From Wallemia ichthyophaga EXF-994 (Eukaryota > Fungi > Basidiomycota), in assembly GCF_000400465.1 (NCBI RefSeq), contig NW_008806279.1, forward strand, positions 446,107 to 478,106: 32,000 nucleotides of DNA, read 5' to 3'. The notes beneath the pieces are model-generated. The model saw only the letters and a program-made list of their open reading frames with translations. It searched no databases and had not been told where the DNA came from. Shown here piece after piece: positions 21,913 to 32,000 of this stretch. The stretch's first letter is position 1. Each line of letters opens with the position of its first letter. The translations under genes and the position numbers were made by a program.

Positions 21913-23366
21913 ATGCAAAATGAAATCCAGCACGCCAAACACAGCAGCAGCGCATCAGGCGGAGGCGCCAGCATCAGCATCAGTTCCCACAAATTAGTGC
22001 CCTCAGCGGCATCATCGAGCGTTTCCAATATCGATGACGCTTTCTTATCAGCCCAAAATGCCTTCCAGGGATGGAAAAGACTACACACGATTAGCGCAAA
22101 GACATTCTTCTAAAAGCAGCTCACATCACCAGAAAACGGGTAAGTGAAATGCACAAAGCGTATACGTCTGAACAAGAAATCAACAAGTACTTTGTTCAAT
22201 ATCTCGTCATCGCCGCGTGCCATCTAATCGAAGCAACTGCTAGTGTTATTGCGGCCGCTGTGACAGAAGACATACCACCAAACAGGCGCGAAAACGATGA
22301 TAATTACCTCTTTAAACGGGAACTACTGGGAATCTACCTGACAATGGCGCCGTGGAGCGTGCCGATCAATTTTTCCATCAAACCCATCATTAATTGCTTT
22401 GGCAGCAGGCAGCACAGTACTCGTGCGCAACTCTGCAATCACGCTTAAAATTCAGCTCATCTGGCACAGCATCTTTCAGGAAGCCGGGTTGCCTGATGGT
22501 TGTCTTAACATTATCCACAGCTCCCGCGAAAGCACACCTTCGGTAATCGAGAAGATTCTCGCTGACAATCGTCTCAGAGAAGTCTGCTTTAGTCGCTCAT
22601 CGAATCTTGGTAGGCAGATGGGTAGATTGTCAGACTACTATTTGAAGCCTTCCGAACTGGAGGCGAGTTGAGTATTGAGTTTTAGTGAAAACACCTCTCT
22701 AATACTCTATCAGATCGTTGGAACGTGTTCAATTATAGTGCTTAATGAGGCATATCTCCCCACAGCCGTCAACAACACATTTTATTATGTCTGGTTTAAT
22801 TCCGGACATGTGTGCAAATCTGTGGAGAGGGTGATTGTAGGTTCATCTTCATACTAGAAGCTTATTGAGAATTTCAAGAGGATTGCCCCACCACCATCCT
22901 CCTCATCGATCGCTATGTCTAGCCGACGAAACTCCCATAAGGCACCGAGATCGTCGTTGGCAGCTGGCCTCTATCAAAGGTCGACATTGAGTCGAACAAA
23001 CTTCCAAACATCCTCCTCACTGATGTCAATTCTGGTATGGCAAAATGACAGGATACATTCGGACCTCTTGCAATCATCCAGAAATCAAAGCAGAAGGAGG
23101 GAGTGAGGGAAGATGATACTATCGGGAACCAAGCAAACGATACACACTGCGGATCGACCACTAGTGTCTAGTCGAAGAATATCGATCGCGCTCTTAAGTT
23201 CGGCAGGAGTATCGATGTCAGCGTGCTGTATATCAATGAAGGTCTCATCGGTATTAAAGGCGTAGGTCTGTCTGCAGGATCTAAGGACCCGGCCGAGGGC
23301 TTCAAGAACAGCGCAGAAGGTATTAGACAATTCACTCAGATCAAAACACATACCATCGCTTTGTAA
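21913..23366 (+). pseudogene. Decayed aldehyde dehydrogenase (salicylaldehyde/vanillin-dehydrogenase-like) pseudogene
   Basis: Colinear ALDH motifs are spread over shifting frames: AQNAFQGWK; ILLKAAH; RELLGIYLTMAPWS (REPLGV..APWN); AAGSTV; FQEAGLPDGCLNII; LKPSELE|IVG (LKP..LELGG); WFNSGHVCKSVERVIV (catalytic Cys); TFGP; ANDT; IRQFTQIKT. At least 3 frameshifts and in-frame stops at 22855, 23046 and 23169. Confidence 0.88.
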
Positions 23367-23489
23367 TTAGCTTCTTTCTAAAGTAGTTTATTTAAACAAA
23401 GCTGCTAGGGATGTAAGGAGTGCTTAATGTGACTAGTGTCGTGTTCCGATTTGTAATGACATGTTGCAGAAAGAGCAAATAGCTATCTT

Positions 23490-24190
23490 GAAATACACAT
23501 TCATAATATTACGACATCTGCGATTTCAACGCACTCTTTACTAGACATTTACTATCGTTATTTGACTTCCTTATTCACTTAGTTAAGCCATATCCCCGAT
23601 TTCAGAGTTGAGGCGACCCCACATTTTCTCCCAATCAATTACATTCAATAGAATTGCAACAATCTTGAATGTCAACAGATTTTCCCTGGAGCCATATTAG
23701 ATTCCTGTGGACGCTATGTTCCGGAAAATGTAAATCGCGTTTATAGAGCCGAATACTTGAGGATTTTTGAGTGCTTGTACTTTCAGCCAGCTAGAAAGGC
23801 TCGTTTTTATCAACAGAATGCGTCAAGTCTTCACTATATATACCCTATAGCATGCCACAGAGCGATGTCGGATTCCAATTTCCGAAAAGACTGCAGGGCG
23901 CAATTAGAGGCTCAGGGATATAGTTCTAGCAACATCTTTAAAATATCATTCAGAGCTATTTATAACTATTTTGCATTTGGAGATCACCAAAACTTGTAAA
24001 TCAGCCATCTGAGATGAGATAGGCGTTAGTCGAGAAATCCAGCTTAGGAGATATTGAGGGATGGTTGATATAGAGATGTATTTTTTATGCTGAATATGTC
24101 ATGAAATTGATGTTATCGCTAAATTGTTCAAATTGTCAGGATATGATGTCTCTGCGTTCGGTTTCTACACTTTCCTTGGTAATTTTCAGG
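23490..24190 (+). pseudogene. Decayed coding remnant of an unidentified family, copy A
   Basis: Homologous to 25175-25875 at a near-constant offset of ~1.68 kb. The frame reads ..HIPDFRVEATP..IFPGAILDSCGRYVPENVNRVY..HRAMS..CRAQLEAQGY..IAKLFKLSGYDV, with internal stops and no start codon found. Boundaries approximate. Confidence 0.55.
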
Positions 24191-25174
24191 ACTTCTCGAA
24201 CATAATTTATTCAATAGAATATCTCTTATTACTGCAAGCGTCTTTAAGTACTAAGACAAATACTCAATTTACCCTTTAATCCCATGAAATCATCTTGAAG
24301 TCATTAGGTATAAAGAGATGAGTCCTGGATGAGTGCTTGTGGGGTGGGACACTAGGAATGACTTTGGTGATATATTAATGTATGTATGAATATCCTTTAC
24401 TCATCCATGACACAATAATTCTGTAAGTGAGCGGACAACAAAAAGGACAAAGAATGGCAGACTGAATCAATCAAATTATAAGTGAAAGAGGCAAGAGAAG
24501 CATTTTCATCTCGCAAATATAGACAAGATAATAATCGGGGCTTTGAAACCATGGTACCAACCATATTGAGTGATGGATTTGTGGTTGAAGAGAGTTCACA
24601 GGGTGGTCGATGAATCAAGCAAATATATCATTAAAGTAAAACGATAATGTCTTAATTTCCCCAAGACCAAATGCAAAAACAGGTGATAATGATATGACAA
24701 TGCCTTTGATATCTAAGAAAAACTTAGCAACCTGCGAAGCAATAAGACGACTACAGACTCGGACTTGATTGAGATGTCTTTCACTAGTTCACCTGTAGCA
24801 TTGTTAATCAACCAGTTGATCATCGCAGAGCAGCGATAGCTCAGAGACGGTCAAACACTCGCAAAATTTTGGAGTCGGTACATTTATCAAGTCAAATACA
24901 TACACTGAGTACTCTATCATAGCTGGATTATTACCTTATTCTCAACACATCACATATGTAAAACTCGTCAACTCCAGGTTGAGAATAGCCTCCTCAATCA
25001 CGTGTTAGTTTTAGCGCTTTAATTAATGCAAAACTGAGAAATAATGATATAATATTGTCGAATTTGACGTTGCAATTAGTTCGAGAGTGGTTTTATCGTG
25101 TGATTAGCGCTTTGTAATGCACTGTGCTCCACCTGTTTTATGTGATACGTCGTAAGAAGAATAATTTGAGTTCA

Positions 25175-25875
25175 AAAATACAAATTAATACTATACCATT
25201 TCTACAATTACGACGCAGCCTTAATCACCTTCACACCGCCATTATTCGAAATCTCGAAATGCACTGGTCAGAAGTCAAACCTCCGATTTTAGAGTTAAGC
25301 TGAACCCCTTTTTTTTTGCTGCGTAAATAGCTTTCTGTGCATGGTGACCTTGGGTGGCCTTAATTTTTCCCTGGAGCTAGCCTTGAGCCCTGTGGACGCT
25401 ACGCGTCGGAAAATATAAAACGCGTCTAACAGACTGTGAAATTGAGATATTTGGGTGGTTGTAGTCTCAATCAGCTTCAAATAACAGTCAATGACAAATG
25501 GGCGTGTCATAATCTCCGTAAAGGCTTTATTGACTGCTCCAGAGCAATGTCAAATTGCCACTTCTTCTCTTGCAGAGCGCGATAGGAATCCCAGAGATAC
25601 TGTTCTAACAAAAGCTGCCAAAGCAAACTCTGAGCTAACAAACAAGCCTTTCTGTATGAAGAGTTCCAAAACTCGTAAATCGGCCAGTTGAGATCTGATC
25701 ACTGCCATCTGGAAATTTCAAGTCGATTGACAGAGAGTGGGTAAATAAAGTGAATATTTGTTCAGAATGCCTGGTTTGGATTATAATACTGGTGCAGCTA
25801 TATTGCTAAATTGCGCAGAATGTCATTATGGGACATCGCAATAGTTATCTTCCCGTTTCTTTTGCCATTTGCAGA
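25175..25875 (+). pseudogene. Decayed coding remnant of an unidentified family, copy B
   Basis: Paralogue of copy A: SDFRVK..FPGASLEPCGRYASENIKRV*..RAMS..CRAR*ESQRY..IAKLRRMSLWDI, with more stops and frameshifts than A. Boundaries approximate. Confidence 0.55.
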
Positions 25876-26027
25876 TTAACTTGGGCAAAGTAAGCTCCAT
25901 TAGGCGACGGCTGCTGCACCACGCTATCTGGCTTACAAAACAGAACACTCACACAACCCCGTCTATCTCTTCTGAGGAGGAAGAATCATTCGCGAGAATT
26001 CAAAAAATATAAATAAATAAGCATAAT

Positions 26028-29000
26028 CTAACCATTTACAACAACTCGCTCCATGAACGATCCAATGATAACAGGCAGTCTTCTCTCTGTAGCGTTTAGA
26101 ACGCTCTTGCTGCGGTCGACGACGGCGTTAAAGTCTTCTGCCAGTGCGCCGCTGATGTCTCTCTTGAGGGTGGCCGAGCTAGAGGTGGAGGTAGAGGAAG
26201 GGGTGGAGGAGCGATTGAGCGATGAATACCCCGCGCCACCGACCTTAGTCCACATGGCCATCTGTGTAGCGGTAAGGACGAGGGTAGCTTCAAGGACGCA
26301 TTTTGCGCGTCCCGTTTCCTCACCGTGCGACTCCTTCTGGCCGCTCTTAAGGTTATCGATGCAGTAGCTAGCGAGGTCGAGCAGCGTGCCTACGGAGGCC
26401 ATCTCGCCCATATTGATGTTCGCGTTCTGGGGTGTGTGTGTTAGTTTGAGAGTTACCTCACGTATAATACACGCACGGGCTGGACCAGTGCATACGACTC
26501 AGCAGGCCATTCGGGTCTTTGGCGTGTGAGGACGGCGAGACAGTCGAGAGAGCTAGTGAGGCCTAAGAGGACATCTTGCGTAAGTGCTACGAGCGCATCA
26601 AGGAGACCGTCACTAAACTCTCTCTCACCGCCATGCAGACGCTCACGCTCGTGTGCCGTAAGTGGCTCGACAAGCTGCAGGACGAGGTGCGGGTGCGTTA
26701 GGCCATATGTGAGCTGCTGGAGGAGGTGCATGGCGCGCAGGTTGAACGCATGCAGGACTGCCTTGCTAGGCTGTGAGCGGTGGCCGTAAGACGTCGTCTG
26801 TGCGTAGTGCTCCGAGTTGGCTATCGATGCGAACAGTCCAACCGTCAAACGGAGCTCTTCGACTGTAGCGAGGTTGAACGGCGTCTCGGTGTTCCAAGAT
26901 AACACTCCCGCTAACTGCGCGCCGCTGAGCTGAATCTGTCGCAGGAGCGTTAGCATACACGCACTCATTCTCACTCATACGCTAGTAACTTACAAAGCCG
27001 ATTATCTCCACATCGATCAATTGCGAGCTGCCGCCTAGAACGTGTATGAGGGCGGTGAGAACGGAGAGCATACGGCACCATGCCGTATGCCATGGATTGC
27101 GTGTGGCCATGTATGCAGGATCGCACGACAGCACAGCTCCCTGCTCGGCAAGGCCGGCGAGAGTGGACGAGGCGTATGCTGCAACAAGGCCATCTAGCGC
27201 CAAGCGCTCAGCGGCGGGTGGGAAAGACGCAAGGATGAGGTGGAGGTCTACGACAGCCTGCAGGAACGGTGGCCGAGAGGTGATTTGCGCATCAACGTCA
27301 TCCTCCGCCATTCCTTCGTCCATGATATCCATTGCGTCTGCTGCCATCGCATTAGCGGCAACGTCGCTGGTCGGCTGCGGAGCTGCGTTGACAGGTATTT
27401 TGCTGAACACATCTAGCGACAGCCGTACCACATCGGCTTCCACCAGCAAAGGCAGCCAGTAAGCGACGTTGGGAGCCAGTGGGTTCTTGACTATTGCCAT
27501 AAATGTCATCACTAGCAGATCGAATTCCTCGTCACTGCTGGTGGTGCCACCGTCTTTGGCCGCTTCTAGCGATGTCGCCATGCAGGTGATAACAGTAGCG
27601 AGTAAGTCGCGGCATGCACTGCCCACCTGTCTGCTCTTCTCCTTAGTAATATCTACTTGTGCAGCTGCGTGCATGGTGAGGAAGACGATCTGCATCGCTT
27701 GAGTGTGGAAAGGCGGCGTGAGGTTACCCCTGCAGCTATCGACGACAGGCATAGAAGGGAGATTAACCATTCTCTCTACGTCGATGATGAGCTGAGCGGG
27801 GTTGAACTTGTCAGCGTGAGTGTGAGTGTCAGCTCCCCGCCTTTTCTTTAGTCCCAGCTCGAGCAACTTGAGTATGAGCGTGAGGCGCTCGGCGTGGACG
27901 CCCACCATGACACTGCCCTGGCGCGACTCCGATGCAGCTTCGCCGGCGGCGCGAATTGCGCAGAGAGAGGCGGGCGTGTCGCTACCACTGCTACCATTAC
28001 TGTCATTGACACTGATCGACGCACACGCCTTCTCGACAAAGCCAACGACACTGCGGGTAAACGCTATTTGTGCATCGACGATGCTCCAGTCGAGGTTAAG
28101 TTGCATGATGTGTTCCATGGTTGCGTGCACGAGATCGCCATCGACGGCGGCCTCGCCAGCACCGTCACCGTCTAGATCGCCAGGATCACCGGCCGACGCT
28201 ACAAACCCATCCAGCTTCACCTTGAGCAATGCAGTGTTGAAGACGTACTCGGAGCCGAAGTGGGTGACGGCATTGTGAGTGTGAGTGAGAGTGTGCATGT
28301 GAGTATGAAGGTGATTGTGGTATTGCGACAGATCCAGCCCGTCGAAAGCGAGCTGAATGCTAGAACGGGTAGTGGAATGCAAGGGTGTGTCAAAGCTGTT
28401 CACCATGGCAGCATCGACGAGTTGGCCGAGATTTGCAGCGAGGCGAGCGGTGCAATGCGCACTCGCACTTGCATTTGCACCAGTACCAGCGGCGGTCTCG
28501 CCCGCTACTCTGCGTCTATCGCTAGAGATGATCGACAGGGCGGCTGCGGATGCTGAGCGGCGGTGAGCGTAGGCGGCGACAGCGACACTGAGGGCGGTGG
28601 CGGAAGTGGAAGCGGTGTAGGCTGATGTGTCACCGTCGTCCCCGTCTATGAGCGACTCGGTGTCATGCGTGTGTGTGGGCGGTACACGCCCCGCATCTTT
28701 CTCCCCTACGTCTCCTATCTGACCCCAGAAGCGCTCGTCGCTGCGCAGCCCGGCTACTGCAGACAGCTGTCCATCGAGATGAAGCCAGACGGTGTCGAGG
28801 AAATGCAACACGGCGCTGAGGAGCGCTGGGGCAGCATCGTATAACTGCGGCTGTGGGGGTGTTGGAAAAGGGGGTCAAAATAAGAGCTTGAACATGCTGC
28901 TACTCACCCATATCTCCACGTTCTCAGAAGCGATATCCAAAGCAGTCTTTTGTAGCTCCTTCTCACCTAAGTTTAGCTTTAAGTTATCCTTAGTGTTATC

Positions 29001-31745
29001 CCTATTCTCCATGTCTTTTGCGCTTGTGCTGGCGGCGACAGACTGCCTGCTGCGCTCGTGGATAAGCTCGCGCGCGGCAGCGCCGACACTCTGGCCGGTG
29101 AGAAGGAGGGTGGCGAGACCGGGCTGAGTGGCGACAATGGCAGCGCAGAGGGCCCACACATGGCCTCTGAGCTGGTCATCTGCGTAAGGGTCCGCGACGA
29201 TATCCACCAGCCCACGCACCGTGCTGTGCGGGTCAGCAAAAAAGCCAGCCAGCGAAGAGCTTGGTAGGGTGTAGGCGCAGAGGGCGGTGAGGAGGCGTGT
29301 CGACTGCAGGCGGATGGCGAGTGTGGAGTGTTTGCTGGCTATGTACACCGCTAGCATGTCTACCAGCTCCAGCTCCAATTCCAGCTCTTGGGTTTGTGTG
29401 TGGCCGCTGATCCCCCTTTCCTTCTCCTTCTCTCTCTCCTCACGCCGCACCGATGCGCCCGCTGCGCGTGCAACGGAGCGGTCGAAGAAGACTCGACGCA
29501 GGAGACTGCCTGGCTTGCGAGGGGTGTCCTCACTCTCAACCTCAACCTCCCCCTCGCTTTCACCCTCGCCCTCATCCTCACTAACGAGAAGGATATGGGC
29601 GAGTCTGAGGGTGCATTCCAGGAGATCTTCAGCGAGAGCGGCATCCTGATTTCTGCCAGCCTGTGCAAGTCTATCCACAGTATCAGCGCCGCCGGCGACT
29701 ACTCCCACAATAGGTGTGAGGGTAGAAGCATTCGCGTCTTTCAACAGACACTTCCCGACGAGGTTGTTAAGCGAGGGAAGAGTGATACGATCAGCGACGA
29801 TATCAGCATAAAGGCGAGTGAGGATGCCCCCCATAGCGAGTTTATCGGCGAGGTGCACATAACGCCAAGAGGCGTGCACGGCGTACACATCGGCAACGCT
29901 CCACGCCACAGCCCGCTCAAGCACGCCCCCCTTCAGACGCGTGAAAGCTGGTGTGGAGGTGAGGGTTGACTGCTGCGTCTCGGTGAAGAGAGCGTGTAGG
30001 AGTCGGAGCAGACTCAGTGTCATGCCATATACCCCGCTCGTGCGCTCGTGCATGACCACTGGCGACGATGGCGTGAATAGCGATGTGCTACCGCGCAGGA
30101 ATGTCCATACGCGTCCAGGGTACGATTGCAAGAGACTTGAAAGAATGTCGAGCGAGGCGGAGACTATGTTCGTGAGTGTTTGCTTGTTTGCTTGATTCCC
30201 ATTCCTGCGCCCCACCGTAGGTAGTGCCGATAGACATTTGTCGATCGTGGCAAATAGCACTGCTACTAGGTCCAGCCCTTCTCCGCGACCAGAATCACGC
30301 TCAGCGCTCCCGCCTATGTGCTCCACTAGTAGCGGCGCTATGTCAGGATTGCCGCTGAGAACCCCCCCTATCAAGTTCAACGAGGATAGAACGGCAGTGT
30401 CGTATAACTCGTCATTCTGTTGGAAAAGTGGTGCTGTAGAGCTGCCACGTGTGTTTGACCTAGCAGACAACCAGTCAGAGAGGAGCGTTCCAACGACATT
30501 CCAACCGCTGACAGGGACATCCCAGGATATCACAGCTGGCGGTTGGAGATTGAGAGGGCTGAGTTGACGGCCAATGGAGTGTAATGGGAGAGGGCTATGC
30601 AAGCCGGGTAGATTGCTGACATGGTTCGCTATTCGGATGAGTGGATCAGACTCGTCGTTGTGGGAGGAGGCGTCGAAGAGGGTGGTATAGGATGGCAGAG
30701 AGGAAAAGTAGAGAAAGACTCTTTCAGAAGCATGAGAAGCTTGCAGGAGAAGTTGGTGGTCTTGTGTGGGTGTGGATGAAGGTGAGACACCGGACAGAGA
30801 AATGAGGAGATTGAGGAGAGAGAAGAAGTCAAGGGGCCACCTTCCCCTAGCGATGTCTATAATGAGGGAGGCGGGCAGTTTAGAGTCGTATTGGAGCCAG
30901 AATTGATGGGCTAGGGGAGCAGAAATGGGCGTAGATGAAGAGGAGAGGAGGGAGGAGAAGGAATTGACTAAGCCATCAAAGTCGGAGATGAACGAAGGGT
31001 GTACTATGGACAGAGTGGCGTCCAGAAGACCCTTGAAAATGGATCTATATGCTAGTTGGTTGTAAGTGGAAGGGCGTTGGAAGGTGGGGGAGAGGGAGAA
31101 AGAGGAGAGTTTTTGGAACAAGTTGAAGGATGGGTGGAGGAGGTGGCTGTAAAGGAGCTGGTAAAGGGGTTGCGGGTGGTGTGTTGGGAGGAGAAGATCT
31201 CTAAGGGGGGAGAAGGAGGAAGGGAGGGGACTGCTGTATGATTGGATGGCGTGAGTGATCTTAGAGAGTGTATAGGACCAGGTGAGAAGGATAGAAGGGT
31301 CGTTAACTCGTTGTAGGATGGAGTTGTGGAGGTCGATGATGTTGTCCGGATGGTTGAGGTGTGCAATGGAGGAACCGTGGTCTACGCTGTAGGACAGACT
31401 TTCGACGTTGAACATTTCAATGACGAGGATGGTGAGGTGGTGGGTGAGTGGGCTGTCGTCGGATCTAGACAGTCGCAGGCTGAGTAGCTGATTGAAGTGA
31501 GTATCGGAAGGAGGATTTGAGTTGTAAAAGTGGGTAATTAGCTGGTTTGAGTAATTTAGAAAAGTGAGACATATAAAACGCGGTATTCAACGTACTAATT
31601 GGGTGATTAGGAGGGGGTCATTGGAGTTGCTGGGACTGTGACTGGAAAGAGATGTAGACAGGTTATTTATAAGAAGATTTAGAATATTTTCATCAAATTC
31701 GTCCAATTCGAGTAAATTATTCAAATTTAAATTATCAGATTCCAT
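26028..31745 (-). CDS. NUP188: Inner-ring scaffold nucleoporin Nup188-like, ~1832 aa
   Basis: Exons 31745-31596, 31541-28908, 28850-26994, 26935-26477 and 26426-26028 (5499 nt, in frame). Large Leu-rich helical-solenoid protein with Nup188-like segments: YPGRVWTFLRGS, ERTSGVYGMTLSLL, HASWRY, VLHFLDTVW, RNPWHTAWCRML, SVGTLLDL. Exon 1 and the start are the least certain part. Confidence 0.83.
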
Positions 31746-31782
31746 CGAATAGGACCAACGTCTTCTCGAAACGAACGGTGAT
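31746..31782. promoter_or_regulatory. Putative bidirectional promoter / overlapping 5' UTR zone between NUP188 and CCT2
   Basis: Only 37 nt separate the two divergent predicted ATGs. The function is inferred from position, not from any recognised motif. Confidence 0.4.
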
Positions 31783-32000
31783 ATGTCACAGTGGGTTATA
31801 AGCAGGGAATATAAATATTTTATATTAATAAACCAATTAGACCAATTTTCTCCAAGGATTCCCAAGAAGAGAGAGGTGAGAATGCGCGTCTGTCTACGTT
31901 TGTGGGTGGAACAGCGTTAGGTGATTTAGTCAAGTCAACGCTTGGTCCAAAGGGAATGAACAAGATATTGCAATCTGGTACTGATGGTGGTATCACAGTG
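31783..32000 (+). CDS. CCT2: Chaperonin CCT/TRiC beta subunit, 3'-partial
   Basis: Exon 31783-31790 (ATGTCACA), 50-nt intron 31791-31840 (GTGGGT..TAG), then [48 protein letters not shown]. The EExGENARL and [12 protein letters not shown] motifs are diagnostic of the beta subunit. Absent from the ORF track. Confidence 0.93.

Noticed and set aside
23850-23885. HRAMSDSN in copy A resembling the fungal kinase (FunK1) HRDISxxN loop
   Set aside because: Both paralogues have RAMS rather than RDIS, and no DFD/DFG follows.
24937-24987. Perfect 10-bp inverted repeat (TATTCTCAAC..GTTGAGAATA)
   Set aside because: Within chance expectation for 5 kb of AT-rich DNA; no target-site duplication or second copy to suggest a MITE.
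25011-25121. Short imperfect direct repeat TTAGCGCTTT..TAATGCA (two copies)
   Set aside because: Only two ~19-nt copies; not a CRISPR-like or regular array, and no function can be supported.
27046-30567. Many 100-190 aa + strand ORFs opposite NUP188
   Set aside because: Expected antisense ORFs in GC-rich coding DNA; no recognisable domains.
31746-31865. ORF-track N-terminal extension of NUP188 from TTG 31865
   Set aside because: It is the antisense of CCT2 exon 1, its intron and exon 2, and does not read like protein.

Overview
Eukaryotic (fungal, basidiomycete-type) genomic DNA, not prokaryotic. It is very compact, with about 27 spliceosomal introns of 37-58 nt and many intergenic spacers under 200 nt, which suggests a Wallemia-like genome (inference from architecture only). 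After manual splicing the gene order is: 5'-partial GCKIII/MST3-like kinase (+), SHO1 (+), DUF3074/START-like (+), ALA1 (+); then six co-oriented minus-strand genes (722-aa orphan, 192-aa coiled-coil orphan, MDJ1, ankyrin protein, SMC4, MYO1); then a ~4.9-kb AT-richer island with no intact gene; then NUP188 (-) and the 5' end of CCT2 (+). Most of the window is ordinary housekeeping sequence. The least explained part is the island (21156-26027). It holds a decayed aldehyde dehydrogenase gene that still carries a relic intron, plus two decayed paralogous copies of a protein-coding gene I cannot identify, which the ORF track does not reveal. Other points of note: 49-61 nt spacers between tandem genes, only 37 nt between the divergent NUP188 and CCT2 start codons, a probable dual-start ALA1, and two AAG splice acceptors in SMC4. 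No tRNA, rRNA, CRISPR array or recognisable transposon was found. All coordinates, alignments and counts were done by hand and may be off by a few bases.
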